Source: Acidimicrobiia bacterium (GTDB lineage: Bacteria; Actinomycetota; Acidimicrobiia; Spongiisociales; Spongiisociaceae). From it: DNA of 56,982 nucleotides. Within the stretch, counting starts at the first letter, position 1. Each line of letters opens with the position of its first letter. The notes under the pieces are model-generated. The model saw only the letters and a program-made list of their open reading frames with translations. It ran no database searches and was not told the DNA's origin. Positions 20,084 to 29,403 of this stretch are shown in pieces. Location of the stretch: contig JBFGLM010000031.1 of NCBI GenBank assembly GCA_041576165.1, forward strand, positions 1 through 56,982, given 5' to 3'. Made by a program: the position numbers and the translations under genes.

Positions 20084-20112
20084 ACGCTAAACCTGCTCCA
20101 CTGCACCGTCAA
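20084..20112 (-). promoter_or_regulatory. sigma70-type promoter for iolE
   Basis: TTGACG (20112-20107), 17 nt, TAGCGT (20089-20084). Confidence 0.7.
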
Positions 20113-20145
20113 GGCGGCACGCTCATGGTCCGCACCCTCGGTGGA

Positions 20146-20646
20146 TCAGCGCCCCGCGCCACCCGACGGAGCCCGACAGCCTACGCGCGGCGCAGCAACC
20201 GTCAGCAACCTGAAGCCCGCGCTCGTCTGGTCGCACGGAGGCAACCCAAGACGCACGAGCGTCACATTCTCGTCCATCAAGCCGTGAGCCAGCACCTCGG
20301 CGGCGTACTCCACGCCCCGCTGATCCCCGGCCACGAAACCGCCCGCACCGACCGTACGGGCGGGTCTGTCCGAGTAGCCAATCGGCCAGCCAGGCTCGTC
20401 CGGTCCCGTCTGATGTCGTGTCCCGCTAGCCCGCCGGGTTGGTGAGATCGAGATCTGGCTGAGCCAGTCGGATAGCGACGTCCGGATCGTGGAAACGGAC
20501 GGCGTCGTAGGGGTCGCCGCTCGACCATGCCTCCGCCCAAGCGGTGAAGGAGCCACGTCGGCCGTCGGCGTCGGCGCGGCACCCTTCGAACACGCAACGG
20601 CTGTTGCTGCCGCGAGCCCGATGCCGAGGTAGATGAGGCGCCGCAA
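20146..20646 (-). pseudogene. Decayed lipoprotein gene (possible SnoaL/NTF2-like fragment)
   Basis: GGAGG RBS and TTG 20646, signal LRRLIYLGIGLAAATAVAC. After a frameshift near 20551 the frame reads FTAWAEAWSSGDPYDAVRFHDPDV...NPAG, then TAG (20426-20428), then continues GRAWLADWL. The 3' limit is uncertain. Confidence 0.5.
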
Positions 20647-20708
20647 CTCACCTCCCCCACGAGTGAGTTCCGGCCCACCACCTCGTAGACAGCAGCGAGT
20701 CGGCTTGG

Positions 20709-20738
20709 GTGGAACGTTCCAAGCCGTAGGGCTATAGT
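20709..20738 (+). promoter_or_regulatory. LacI-type operator 5 (GTGGAACGTTCCAA, 20709-20722) over the -35 position of a TATAGT -10 (20733-20738)
   Basis: Perfect 12-bp core. TATAGT lies 17 nt from 20710-20715. Upstream of the dehydrogenase-iolD operon. Confidence 0.8.
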
Positions 20739-20773
20739 CCTCGCTCGTCCCGATCCCGAGGAGACCACGACCT

Positions 20774-21751
20774 GTGAAGCCCCCGGTCTGGTTTGAGCGT
20801 CCGATTCTCCCCGGGCTGGCGGAGGAGGTCACAGCACGGGTGCACGCCCTCGGCCCATGGGCGACCGCCGCCGATGCCCAGCCGTCGAATGCAGTTGGCG
20901 TGGTTGCGGGGAGCAGGGCATACGGCGCTGCCTTCATGGATGCCGCTCCGCGCCTGCTGGCGATCGCCCGCACCGGCATCGGCGTCGACACGGTGGACAT
21001 CCCCGAAGCCAGCCGCCGCGGGATTGCCGTGTGCAACGCGCCGGACGGGCCCACAGTGTCGACTGCGGAGCACGCCGTGATGCTGCTCATGATGGTGGCG
21101 AAGAACTGCACGTCGGGGATCGCCCGTTTGCGGGCGGGCGTGAAGGACCCATTTGCGCAGCACGACGGTCTCGAGCTCAAGGGAAAGACCCTGGGGTTGG
21201 TCGGCTGCGGCCGTATCGCCCGCCGGGTGGCCGGCATCGCCTCCGCCATCGGGATGGACATCGTTGCCTACGACCCCTTCGTCACCGATTTTCCCGCTCC
21301 GGTGACACCGGCTGCCAGCCTAGAGGACCTGCTGGCGCAGGCGGATGCGGTGTCGGTCCACGTTCCGCTCACCGCGGAGACCCGCCACTTGTTCAACGAC
21401 AAGACCTTCGCCGCTGTGCGACCGGGTGCCATATTCGTAAACACCGCCCGGGGCGGATTGGTTGACCAGCAGGCGCTGCTGGATGCGATCGACCGAGGGC
21501 ACCTGTGGGGCGCCGGCCTGGACGTGACCACCCCCGAGCCGCTTCCCGCGGATCACCCGCTCCTCCATCGCGACAACGTCGTCGTCACCCCCCACGTGGC
21601 CGCCGGCACCCGGGAGGCAAAGCACAACAATTTCATGGCGGCCCTGGACCAGGTCATCCAAGTCGCGAAGGGTGAGCGACCAGAACACCTCGTCAACCCG
21701 GAAGCGTGGGACAGGGTTCACGACCGGTGGCAGCAGGACGGAGCTTCGTGA
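20774..21751 (+). CDS. D-isomer-specific 2-hydroxyacid dehydrogenase (SerA-like, no ACT domain)
   Basis: RTGIGVD, GLVGCGRIA, VSVHVPLT, VNTARGGLVD, GLDV..PEP, TPHVA. GAGGAG RBS. Confidence 0.9.
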   Translation: MKPPVWFERPILPGLAEEVTARVHALGPWATAADAQPSNAVGVVAGSRAYGAAFMDAAPRLLAIARTGIGVDTVDIPEASRRGIAVCNAPDGPTVSTAEHAVMLLMMVAKNCTSGIARLRAGVKDPFAQHDGLELKGKTLGLVGCGRIARRVAGIASAIGMDIVAYDPFVTDFPAPVTPAASLEDLLAQADAVSVHVPLTAETRHLFNDKTFAAVRPGAIFVNTARGGLVDQQALLDAIDRGHLWGAGLDVTTPEPLPADHPLLHRDNVVVTPHVAAGTREAKHNNFMAALDQVIQVAKGERPEHLVNPEAWDRVHDRWQQDGAS

Positions 21752-22923
21752 GCCGCACAATCGGGATCGGGCTGATCGGCTTCGGGTGGATGGGCCAGGC
21801 CCACTCCCGGTCATACCGCAGCATCCCGATGTATTTCCCAGAGGTCGGGATGATTCCCAAACTGGTGGCGGTGGCCGACACCGACCCGGCCCGGCGACAG
21901 CTGGCAAAATGCAACTTCGGGTATGAATCCGACACCGCCGACTGGCGGGACCTGATGGAAAACGAGGCGATCGACGTCATCGACATCACGGCTCCCAACG
22001 GCATGCACCAGGAGCTGGCCGAGGCCGCCGCAGCCGCCGGCAAGCACATCTTCTGCGAGAAGCCGGTCGGCCTCCTGCCGGAGGCGACGGCCCGGATCGA
22101 ATCTGCAGCCCGCCGGGCCGGGATCATCAGCGGCGTCGGCTACAACTACCGCTGGGCTCCGTTGGTGCAACACACCCGCTCGCTCATTCACGCGGGGCGG
22201 CTGGGTGATCCAACCCACTACCGGGGCCGCTTCTTCTCCATGTACGGCCGTGACCGGCTGGGTCTCCTCTCCTGGCGGTTCCTCCAGGAAGAAGCCGGGT
22301 ACGGCGCCTTGTCCGACATCATGTCGCACGCCATCGACCTGGCGCAATATCTGTACGGGCCGATCCGGCGGGTGGTCTCCGTCAAGGAGATCTTTGTCAA
22401 GGAGCGGCCACTCCCCCACCCCGGCACGGGCACGCATTACGAGCGAGGCCGGCCCGGGGACCCCACCGGCCTCGTCACCAACGAGGACTACGTGGGAGCG
22501 CTGATCGAGTTCGAGAACGGCGCCCGGGGCACGCTGGAAGCCGACCGATCGATGTTCGGCCCGCAAAGCCAGATGGCGTTCGAGCTGAACGGTTCGAAAG
22601 GGGCCGCTGCCTGGGATCACGAGAAGCTCAATCAGCTCCAGCTGTACCTGCCTGAGGAACAACCGGTGGACGGCTTCATCGAGGTGCTGGCCGGCGACGC
22701 ATTCCCCCACCAGGGCAACATCGTGCCCGGCGGTGGCAACTCGCTGGGGTACGAAGACCTCAAGATCATCGAGGCCCTCGAATTTTTGAAATCGGTGGCA
22801 GCGGGTGAAACCCATGCGCCTGACTTCGGGGACGCACTGGCCGCCGCAAGCGTGGCGGCCGCCATGATCAGGTCATGGGATTCTGAGCGATGGGAAGATG
22901 TGGTCAGTCTGAGGCTGGACTGA
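21748..22923 (+). CDS. Gfo/Idh/MocA oxidoreductase (sugar/cyclitol dehydrogenase)
   Basis: GLIGFGWMGQAH, FCEKP, GYNYR, SWRF...AG.GAL.DI.SH.ID, GYEDLKIIEA. GTGA overlap with the upstream gene. Confidence 0.9.
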   Translation: MSRTIGIGLIGFGWMGQAHSRSYRSIPMYFPEVGMIPKLVAVADTDPARRQLAKCNFGYESDTADWRDLMENEAIDVIDITAPNGMHQELAEAAAAAGKHIFCEKPVGLLPEATARIESAARRAGIISGVGYNYRWAPLVQHTRSLIHAGRLGDPTHYRGRFFSMYGRDRLGLLSWRFLQEEAGYGALSDIMSHAIDLAQYLYGPIRRVVSVKEIFVKERPLPHPGTGTHYERGRPGDPTGLVTNEDYVGALIEFENGARGTLEADRSMFGPQSQMAFELNGSKGAAAWDHEKLNQLQLYLPEEQPVDGFIEVLAGDAFPHQGNIVPGGGNSLGYEDLKIIEALEFLKSVAAGETHAPDFGDALAAASVAAAMIRSWDSERWEDVVSLRLD

Positions 22924-22945
22924 TCGCCACGACACGGAGGCAACC

Positions 22946-24790
22946 ATGGAAACGATCCGGCTGACTATGGCCCAGGCAGTCGTGAAATGGCTCACCGCCC
23001 AGCGGACCGTGGTCGACGGGGCCGAGGTTCCACTGTTTGCCGGGGCGTTCGGGATATTCGGACACGGCAACGTCACCTGCCTTGCCGAGGCGCTCGAACC
23101 CGTCCAGGACCAGCTCCCCACCTGGCGTGGGCACAACGAACAGTCGATGGCGCTGGCCGCCGTCGCCTACGCCAAAGCCATGCGCGGCCGCCGCATCATG
23201 ATCGCCACGTCGTCCGTCGGCCCGGGATGCACCAACATGGTGACCGCCGCCGCCGTGGCGCACGCCAACCGCTTGCCGCTACTGCTCCTGTCGGGCGACA
23301 CCTTCCAGCACCGGATCGTCGACCCGGTGCTCCAGCAAGTCGAGGTGTTCGAGAATCCGACCATCACGGTCACCGACACGTTCAAGCCGGTGTCGCGGTA
23401 TTGGGACCGCATCACCCGGCCCGAACAGATCGTCCAGTCGCTCCCCCAGGCGCTCGCCGTCATGCTCGATCCCGCCACCCGGGGTCCGGCCTTCTTCGCC
23501 CTCCCTCAGGACATCCAGGCCGAGGCCTACGACTACCCGGCCACATTCTTCGAGCCACACACCCACTACATCCGGCGGCCCGGCCCCGATCCACGCGACA
23601 TCGACGCGGCTGCCGCGTTCCTGCGTCAGGCTCAGAAGCCGATGATCATTGCCGGCGGCGGGGTCCATTACTCGGGAGCCGCCGCCGAGTTGGCGGATTT
23701 TGCCCAACGGCGGGGAATCCCCGTCGTGGAGACGGTGGCCGGCAAGGCCACGCTGGTTCACGACCATCCCAACTATGCGGGACCGATCGGCGTCACCGGA
23801 TCTGCTGCCGCCAACGCCGTCGCCGAAGACGCGGATGTGGTGCTGGCGGTGGGGACGCGCTTGCAGGATTTCACGACCGGCTCCTGGGCCGTGTTCAAGA
23901 ACCCGACCGTCCGCTTCGTCGCCATCAACACCGCCCGCTGGGACGCCCACAAGCAGATGGCCGTGCCGGTGATCGCCGACGCCCAAGTAGCGCTGGCCGC
24001 CCTCGACGACGCCATCGGCGATTACGCGGCGCCGGGCGACTGGCTCGATCTCGCCCAAACGCGGATCTCGGAGTGGCACGACTATCTGGACTCGTGGAAA
24101 ACGATGCGTGCCGACGGCAAGCCCGCCTATGCCCAGGTGATCCAGGTGGTCAACGACCTGTGCGAGCCCGACGACTACTGCCTGTCGGCGGCGGGCGGGC
24201 TGCCCGGCGAGCTGACCATGGGATGGCGCTCGAAATCGGTCGGCAGCTTCGACTCCGAATATGGCTATTCGACGATGGGCTACGAAGTGGCCGGCGCCTG
24301 GGGCGCCAAGATGGCCCGGGACGAGGGAGACGTCATCGCCTGGGTCGGCGACGGCTCATATCTCATGATGAACTCCGACGTGTACTCCACGGTGATGACC
24401 GGACACAAGGTCATCTTCATCGTGCTTGACAACGGCGGCTTCGCCGTCATCAACCGGCTCCAGGTGAACACTGGAGGGGCCGAGTTCAACAACTTGTTGC
24501 GCACAGCCCGGCACACCGATTACTTCCACGTCGACTTCCTGGCGCACGTCACGGCGATGGGAGCAGCGGGGGAACGGGTCGAAAAGCTGGAGGACCTGCC
24601 GGCTGCCTGGGAGCGAGCCAAGGCCGCCGAGCGCAGCTACGCCATCGTCATGGACGTGGACGAATACACCTGGACAGAGGGCGGCGCCTGGTGGGAGGTA
24701 GGTATCCCGGAGGTCAGCGACCGCGAACAGGTGCGGGTGGCCCGCGCGGAGTGGGAAGCCGAGAAGAAACACCAGCGCGTTGGTGTCTGA
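22946..24790 (+). CDS. iolD: 3D-(3,5/4)-trihydroxycyclohexane-1,2-dione acylhydrolase (ThDP-dependent)
   Basis: TIRLTMAQA, FGIFGHGNV, HNEQSMA, DPVLQQVE, SRYWDRITRPEQ, EYGYSTMGYE, VGDGSYLMMNSD, WWEVG.PEVS. Confidence 0.97.
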   Translation: METIRLTMAQAVVKWLTAQRTVVDGAEVPLFAGAFGIFGHGNVTCLAEALEPVQDQLPTWRGHNEQSMALAAVAYAKAMRGRRIMIATSSVGPGCTNMVTAAAVAHANRLPLLLLSGDTFQHRIVDPVLQQVEVFENPTITVTDTFKPVSRYWDRITRPEQIVQSLPQALAVMLDPATRGPAFFALPQDIQAEAYDYPATFFEPHTHYIRRPGPDPRDIDAAAAFLRQAQKPMIIAGGGVHYSGAAAELADFAQRRGIPVVETVAGKATLVHDHPNYAGPIGVTGSAAANAVAEDADVVLAVGTRLQDFTTGSWAVFKNPTVRFVAINTARWDAHKQMAVPVIADAQVALAALDDAIGDYAAPGDWLDLAQTRISEWHDYLDSWKTMRADGKPAYAQVIQVVNDLCEPDDYCLSAAGGLPGELTMGWRSKSVGSFDSEYGYSTMGYEVAGAWGAKMARDEGDVIAWVGDGSYLMMNSDVYSTVMTGHKVIFIVLDNGGFAVINRLQVNTGGAEFNNLLRTARHTDYFHVDFLAHVTAMGAAGERVEKLEDLPAAWERAKAAERSYAIVMDVDEYTWTEGGAWWEVGIPEVSDREQVRVARAEWEAEKKHQRVGV

Positions 24791-24859
24791 CGCCGTCTGG
24801 CCCCGTTATCAACAGCTCCCCGGCCGCCGGGCGCCGGAGGCGCCGAGCGGGGGTCATGT

Positions 24860-25630
24860 TTGACGGCCATCATCACCGGCGGTGGATCGCTGATCTCGAT
24901 TGCGCTCGTCGAGCGACTGCTGGCCCGCGGCGACCACGTCGTGCTGGGCGACAACAACCCGCAGCTGCAGCAGGAGATCGAGGACCTGATCGGCGACCGA
25001 GGACGGTTTCTCGTCGGTGATGTCACCGACGATGATTATCTGGATCGGCTGGTCGCAGCCGCAGGCGAGTTCGGCCGCCTCACCGGATTGGTCCACGCTG
25101 CGGTCACCTTCGACGACGCCCGCTACGAGACGACGCGGGCCGAGTGGCACCGGGCGCTGGGAATCAACCTGGTATCGGCGGCCGTCCTCACGCACAAGAT
25201 CGTGCCGCACATGGAGGCGGCCGGGCGGGGTTCGGTCGTGTACGTGGCCTCGGTCAGTGGACATCGCGCCCAGCCGGCCCGCATGGTCTACTCCGTCACC
25301 AAGGCGGCGCTCCATATGCTCGCCAAGACCGGAGCCACTCAGCTGGCCCGCCACGGCATCCGCGTCAACACGGTGAGCCCGGGCTGGACCTGGAGCCGCA
25401 ACCTCGAACGCCGCTACCACGACCGTGAGTACGCTGATGCGTTCGCCGGCGAGTTCCAGACACTGGGACGGCTGGCTGACCCGGACGAGATCGCCGCCGG
25501 GATCGAATGGCTGCTCTCCGATGAATCGTCGTTCGTCACCGGCACCGACCTGGCGATCGACGGCGGCTACACCGCCTTGAGTCCCGAGGCGCTCGGACAG
25601 CCCTTCGAGAAGTTTCCGGCCCGGGAGTAG
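24860..25630 (+). CDS. Short-chain dehydrogenase/reductase
   Basis: AIITGGGSLI, YSVTK, IRVNTVSPGWTWS, FVTGTDLAIDGGY. TTG start. Confidence 0.88.
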   Translation: MTAIITGGGSLISIALVERLLARGDHVVLGDNNPQLQQEIEDLIGDRGRFLVGDVTDDDYLDRLVAAAGEFGRLTGLVHAAVTFDDARYETTRAEWHRALGINLVSAAVLTHKIVPHMEAAGRGSVVYVASVSGHRAQPARMVYSVTKAALHMLAKTGATQLARHGIRVNTVSPGWTWSRNLERRYHDREYADAFAGEFQTLGRLADPDEIAAGIEWLLSDESSFVTGTDLAIDGGYTALSPEALGQPFEKFPARE

Positions 25631-25648
25631 CCGGACGGCCAATAGCCG

Positions 25649-25667
25649 CCCGGCTGGATCAGCCGGG
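25649..25667. terminator. Short hairpin between convergent genes
   Basis: CCCGGCTG-gat-CAGCCGGG between the stops at 25630 (+) and 25673 (-). No U-tract. Confidence 0.4.
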
Positions 25668-25672
25668 TGCCC

Positions 25673-26548
25673 TCAGGGCGCCGTGGTCGACGTCGTCGAT
25701 TCGGTGTCGCCGGATTCGACAGCAGCGGAAGGCGCGCCGCCGGGGATGTCCTCCAGCAGCAACGACCAGGCAATATCGAGATCGTCGCTGGCGGCGACCG
25801 GTCGATCGGGCAGCGATGCCAGCGCCATGTCCAGCCGTTCGACGGTGGCACTCAGCGCCGGCTCGTCCGCGGTCGCAAGCCCGGCGAGCAGGTCGCGAGC
25901 GGCGGCCAGATCCTGTTCGGCGAGGCCGTAGTTCGCCTGATAGAGGAAGAGACGCGCCCGCGACATCAGCTCCATCGAGCGCAGAACACCCAGCTCGGCC
26001 TCCAGACGCTGGTTGGTGCCGGTCAGCCTGGTGGACGTCGTTTCCTGCAGGCCGTCGAGCGCGTCCAGGCGGACGCTGATCTCGGCAATCGCCCGATCGA
26101 CGCCGTCCAGCCGGCCTGTGGCATCCTCTAGTTCACCGGCGAGAGACTGATCTGTTTGCGCGAGGGCTGCAAGCGCCGACTCGATCGAGCCGAGTCGCTC
26201 GGGCAACCCGGCCTCTGCGGCCGTGATCGCATCGACTGCCACCTGCAGCTGGCGGACGTCCTGGGCGGTTGCCTCCAAGCCTGCGCGGAGGGAGTCTACG
26301 CTGGCCGCGTTGTCAGATATCGGCTGCGCAACGCGGTCATTGACGATCGACCAGCCGTACACACCGATGGCAATGGCAGCCGCCACCACGATTAGTCCTA
26401 GGAGAACGCTGCGGAGGCGTCGGCCCCGTCGGGGGGGCGTGGCGGCGGGCTCGGCCGGCTCGGCGGCTGCCACCGACTCGGTCACGGCCGGCGGCTTGAC
26501 CTCGGCCTGTTCTTCCACAGCATCTGATTCGGGAAGGGGGAGCGACAT
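25673..26548 (-). CDS. Membrane-anchored coiled-coil hypothetical protein
   Basis: Pro/Ala/Glu N-terminus, basic patch and one TM helix, long heptad-like region, then a helical C-terminus ELMSRARLFLYQANYGLAEQDL. Start re-called to ATG 26548. Confidence 0.7.
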   Translation of the reverse strand: MSLPLPESDAVEEQAEVKPPAVTESVAAAEPAEPAATPPRRGRRLRSVLLGLIVVAAAIAIGVYGWSIVNDRVAQPISDNAASVDSLRAGLEATAQDVRQLQVAVDAITAAEAGLPERLGSIESALAALAQTDQSLAGELEDATGRLDGVDRAIAEISVRLDALDGLQETTSTRLTGTNQRLEAELGVLRSMELMSRARLFLYQANYGLAEQDLAAARDLLAGLATADEPALSATVERLDMALASLPDRPVAASDDLDIAWSLLLEDIPGGAPSAAVESGDTESTTSTTAP

Positions 26549-26692
26549 CTGGGGCCCTGCTTTCTCGTGTGCGCGCAATTTACGCCAGAACGGCGCCTTC
26601 AGCGGCAAAAGTCGCGTCGGAATCTCGCCGGCCCGGCCCACCTACCATCCGACTCAACCGGTGGAGCCACCACAGATGGAAGGGACGGAGGA

Positions 26693-27502
26693 ATGGCCAG
26701 ATTCACGGACAAGATCGCCGTCGTCACTGGCAGCACTCAGGGCCTGGGAGAAGCCATTGCCCACCAGTTTGCCGACGAGGGAATGGCCGGGATTGTGGTC
26801 ACCGGTCGGGACAGCGAGCGCGGCGAGGCCGTGCGCCAGGCGCTTGCCGCAAAGGGTGTCGAGGCGATTTTCGAACCTGCCGACCTCGGCGACCCAGAGG
26901 CTCCGGCCCGCCTCATCGGGGTGGTCGACCGCCGCTTCGGAAGGTTGGACGTCCTGGTGAACGCCGCTGCTCTGACGGCTCGCGGGTCGATCATCGACAC
27001 CCCGGTCGAGCTGTGGAACTCGATAATGAACGTCAACGTACGCGCCCCGTTCTTCCTCATCCAGGAGACGGCTCGGCTGATGCGTCGGGAGGGCATTCCC
27101 GGTTCGGTCGTGAACATCGGGTCGGTCAGCGCCTACGGCAGCCTGGTCGTGCTGGCCCCCTACGCGATCTCAAAGGGGGCGCTCGTCACTCTGACCAAGA
27201 ACGCGGCGTATGCGCTCTCGCGTGACCGGATCCGGGTGAACACCCTGAACCTAGGTTGGATGGATACGCCCGCCGAACACGAAGTGCAGACCACCGTCCA
27301 CGGACGGCCGCCAGACTGGTTGGAGCAGGCCGAGGCAAGCATGCCCTGGGGTCGCCTGCTCAAACCCGCGGAAGTCGCCCGAGCCGTCGCATTCGTCGCT
27401 TCGGATGACAGCGGCATGATGACCGGCACCGTCATCGACTTCGACCAGTCGGTCGTAGGAGCCGGCACCCAGCCGATCCTCCCCGAAACCGATCGTCCCT
27501 GA
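26693..27502 (+). CDS. Short-chain dehydrogenase/reductase
   Basis: VVTGSTQGLG, LVNAA, YAISK, NLGWMDTP, MMTGTVIDFDQ. GGAGG RBS. Confidence 0.9.
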   Translation: MARFTDKIAVVTGSTQGLGEAIAHQFADEGMAGIVVTGRDSERGEAVRQALAAKGVEAIFEPADLGDPEAPARLIGVVDRRFGRLDVLVNAAALTARGSIIDTPVELWNSIMNVNVRAPFFLIQETARLMRREGIPGSVVNIGSVSAYGSLVVLAPYAISKGALVTLTKNAAYALSRDRIRVNTLNLGWMDTPAEHEVQTTVHGRPPDWLEQAEASMPWGRLLKPAEVARAVAFVASDDSGMMTGTVIDFDQSVVGAGTQPILPETDRP

Positions 27503-27552
27503 GCGCCGTGGCGGAAATGTAGCCCGTCCGGTCCCTCGTTTAACCTTGGGTC

Positions 27553-28563
27553 GTGGCGCATCCAACCATCAACGACGTCGCCGAGCGGGCAGGCGTTTCC
27601 AAATCGCTGGTCAGCCTGGTGATGCGGGGCGCACCCAACGTCTCCGACCAACGCCGGACGGCGGTGCTCCGGGCGGCGGAGGAACTCGGGTACCGGCCCA
27701 ATCGGGTGGCGCGCAGCCTGGTGCAGCAGCGCACCAACACCATCGGAGTCATGATCTCAGATCTGCACAACGCCTTCTTTGTTGAGGTGCTCGACGGCAT
27801 CGAGCGCGCGGCCGAACAGGCCGGGTACCAGATCCTGATGAACTCGGGGCAGCGGGTCGCCGCCAAGGAGGAAGGTGCGGTCGAGACGCTGCTAGAGATG
27901 CGGACCGATGCCGTCATCCTCGGCTCGCCCCATCTCAGCGCGGCAGTGATCGAACGGGCCGCCCGGTCAGTCCCCATCGTCATGGTCGGAAAGTCGACCC
28001 GGGTGAAGGGCGTCGACAGCGTCGCCAACGACGAGCGGGCGGGAGCGCGGCTGGCGGTCGAGCATCTCGCGTCTCTGGGCCACCGGCGCATCGCCCACAT
28101 CTCCGGCCGGTCCGAGGCAGGTGCGCCGGGCCGGCTCACCGGGTACAAGGCCACAATGGAAGCGGCCGGCCTCAAGCGTTACACACAGGTGGCGGAACGC
28201 GGCCCGACCGAACACGATGGATTCCGCGGCGCGCGCGAGCTTTTCAAGACCCCAAAGCCACCGACCGCCATCTTCTGTTTCAACGACCTGGTGGCGCTGG
28301 GTGCGCTGCAGGCTCTGACGCAGATGGGACTGAAGGTGCCGGCTGACGTGTCCGTCATCGGCTACGACAACACACACCTCACCGCGCTGGAGTTCATCAA
28401 CATGTCGACCATCGACCAGCCGCGGGTGGAGATCGGCGAACGGGCCGTGCAGCTGGCAGTCGAACGACTGGAGGCACACCGCACCACACAACGCCGCATC
28501 ACCGTCAAGCCTTCGCTGGTCCCGCGAGGCACGACCGGGCCACCACCCAAGCACCGGCGATGA
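27553..28563 (+). CDS. LacI-family transcriptional regulator (probable inositol regulon repressor)
   Basis: HTH TINDVAERAGVSKSLVSLV, LGYRPN..ARSL, FNDLVALG, VSVIGYD, TIDQP. TAACCT -10 lies 6 nt before the GTG (leaderless). Confidence 0.95.
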   Translation: MAHPTINDVAERAGVSKSLVSLVMRGAPNVSDQRRTAVLRAAEELGYRPNRVARSLVQQRTNTIGVMISDLHNAFFVEVLDGIERAAEQAGYQILMNSGQRVAAKEEGAVETLLEMRTDAVILGSPHLSAAVIERAARSVPIVMVGKSTRVKGVDSVANDERAGARLAVEHLASLGHRRIAHISGRSEAGAPGRLTGYKATMEAAGLKRYTQVAERGPTEHDGFRGARELFKTPKPPTAIFCFNDLVALGALQALTQMGLKVPADVSVIGYDNTHLTALEFINMSTIDQPRVEIGERAVQLAVERLEAHRTTQRRITVKPSLVPRGTTGPPPKHRR

Positions 28564-29390
28564 CCGACCACCTGATTCGACCGAACCAAGACCAGAGCCC
28601 GTCCCTGGTAGTCACGCCCGACGCGGCCGGTTGGACCTATCTCGATTTCGCAGTGCTGGACCTAGACGGCGGATCCGAGCATCACGCGGCGGCGGCGCCG
28701 CGGGAGGTGGCCATCGTTCCACTGTCCGGGTCGGCAGTGGTGCACGTCGACGATCAGCGGTTCGAGGTCCGCCGGAAGTCCGTGTGGGCACAGATGCCCC
28801 ACGTGTTGTACGTCCCCCCCGGGTGCTCGGTAGGCATCGCCACCGATGAAGGATTCACCTGTGCGCTGGGGGGCGCTCCGGCCGACGGCATGTACCCGGT
28901 TCGGCTGATCCAGCCATCCGAAATGCGGTCCGAGGTGCGAGGAGGGGGCGCAGCCCGTCGCCAGGTGAACCACATTCTCGCCCACCCGCTGCCGGCCGAG
29001 CGGCTCATCCTGTACGAGGTCTACGTGCCGCGGGGGACCTGGTCGGGCTGGCCGCCGCATTGCCACGACGGGTATGCCGGCTCACCCTATCTGGAAGAGA
29101 CGTACTACTTCCGGCTGGATCCGCCCGACGGATTTGCCCTGCACCGCAACTGGCGGGAGGACACGGATTTCGACGAGACATTGCGCGCCGGCGACGGGGA
29201 TGTGGCGCTCGTCACCCAAGGCTTCCACTCGTCGGTGGCCTGCCCGGGCTCCAATATGTATTTCCTGAACTTCTTGGCGGGCGAGCTTGTCGGAGACCAG
29301 CGGGCCACGCCCCCCTACTTCCACCCGGCCCACACGTGGATCGAAGCCGACTGGTCGGCCGGGCTGATGGGCCTGCCCGCAGTGGGATGA
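28560..29390 (+). CDS. iolB: 5-deoxy-glucuronate isomerase (copy 2, divergent)
   Basis: GWTYLDF, EVRGGGAARRQVNHI, GTWSGWPPHCHD, YLEETYYF, GFHSSVA.PG..MYFLNFLAG. ATGA overlap with the LacI gene. Confidence 0.85.
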   Translation: MTDHLIRPNQDQSPSLVVTPDAAGWTYLDFAVLDLDGGSEHHAAAAPREVAIVPLSGSAVVHVDDQRFEVRRKSVWAQMPHVLYVPPGCSVGIATDEGFTCALGGAPADGMYPVRLIQPSEMRSEVRGGGAARRQVNHILAHPLPAERLILYEVYVPRGTWSGWPPHCHDGYAGSPYLEETYYFRLDPPDGFALHRNWREDTDFDETLRAGDGDVALVTQGFHSSVACPGSNMYFLNFLAGELVGDQRATPPYFHPAHTWIEADWSAGLMGLPAVG

Positions 29391-29403
29391 TGTCTGCCGC
29401 CGC

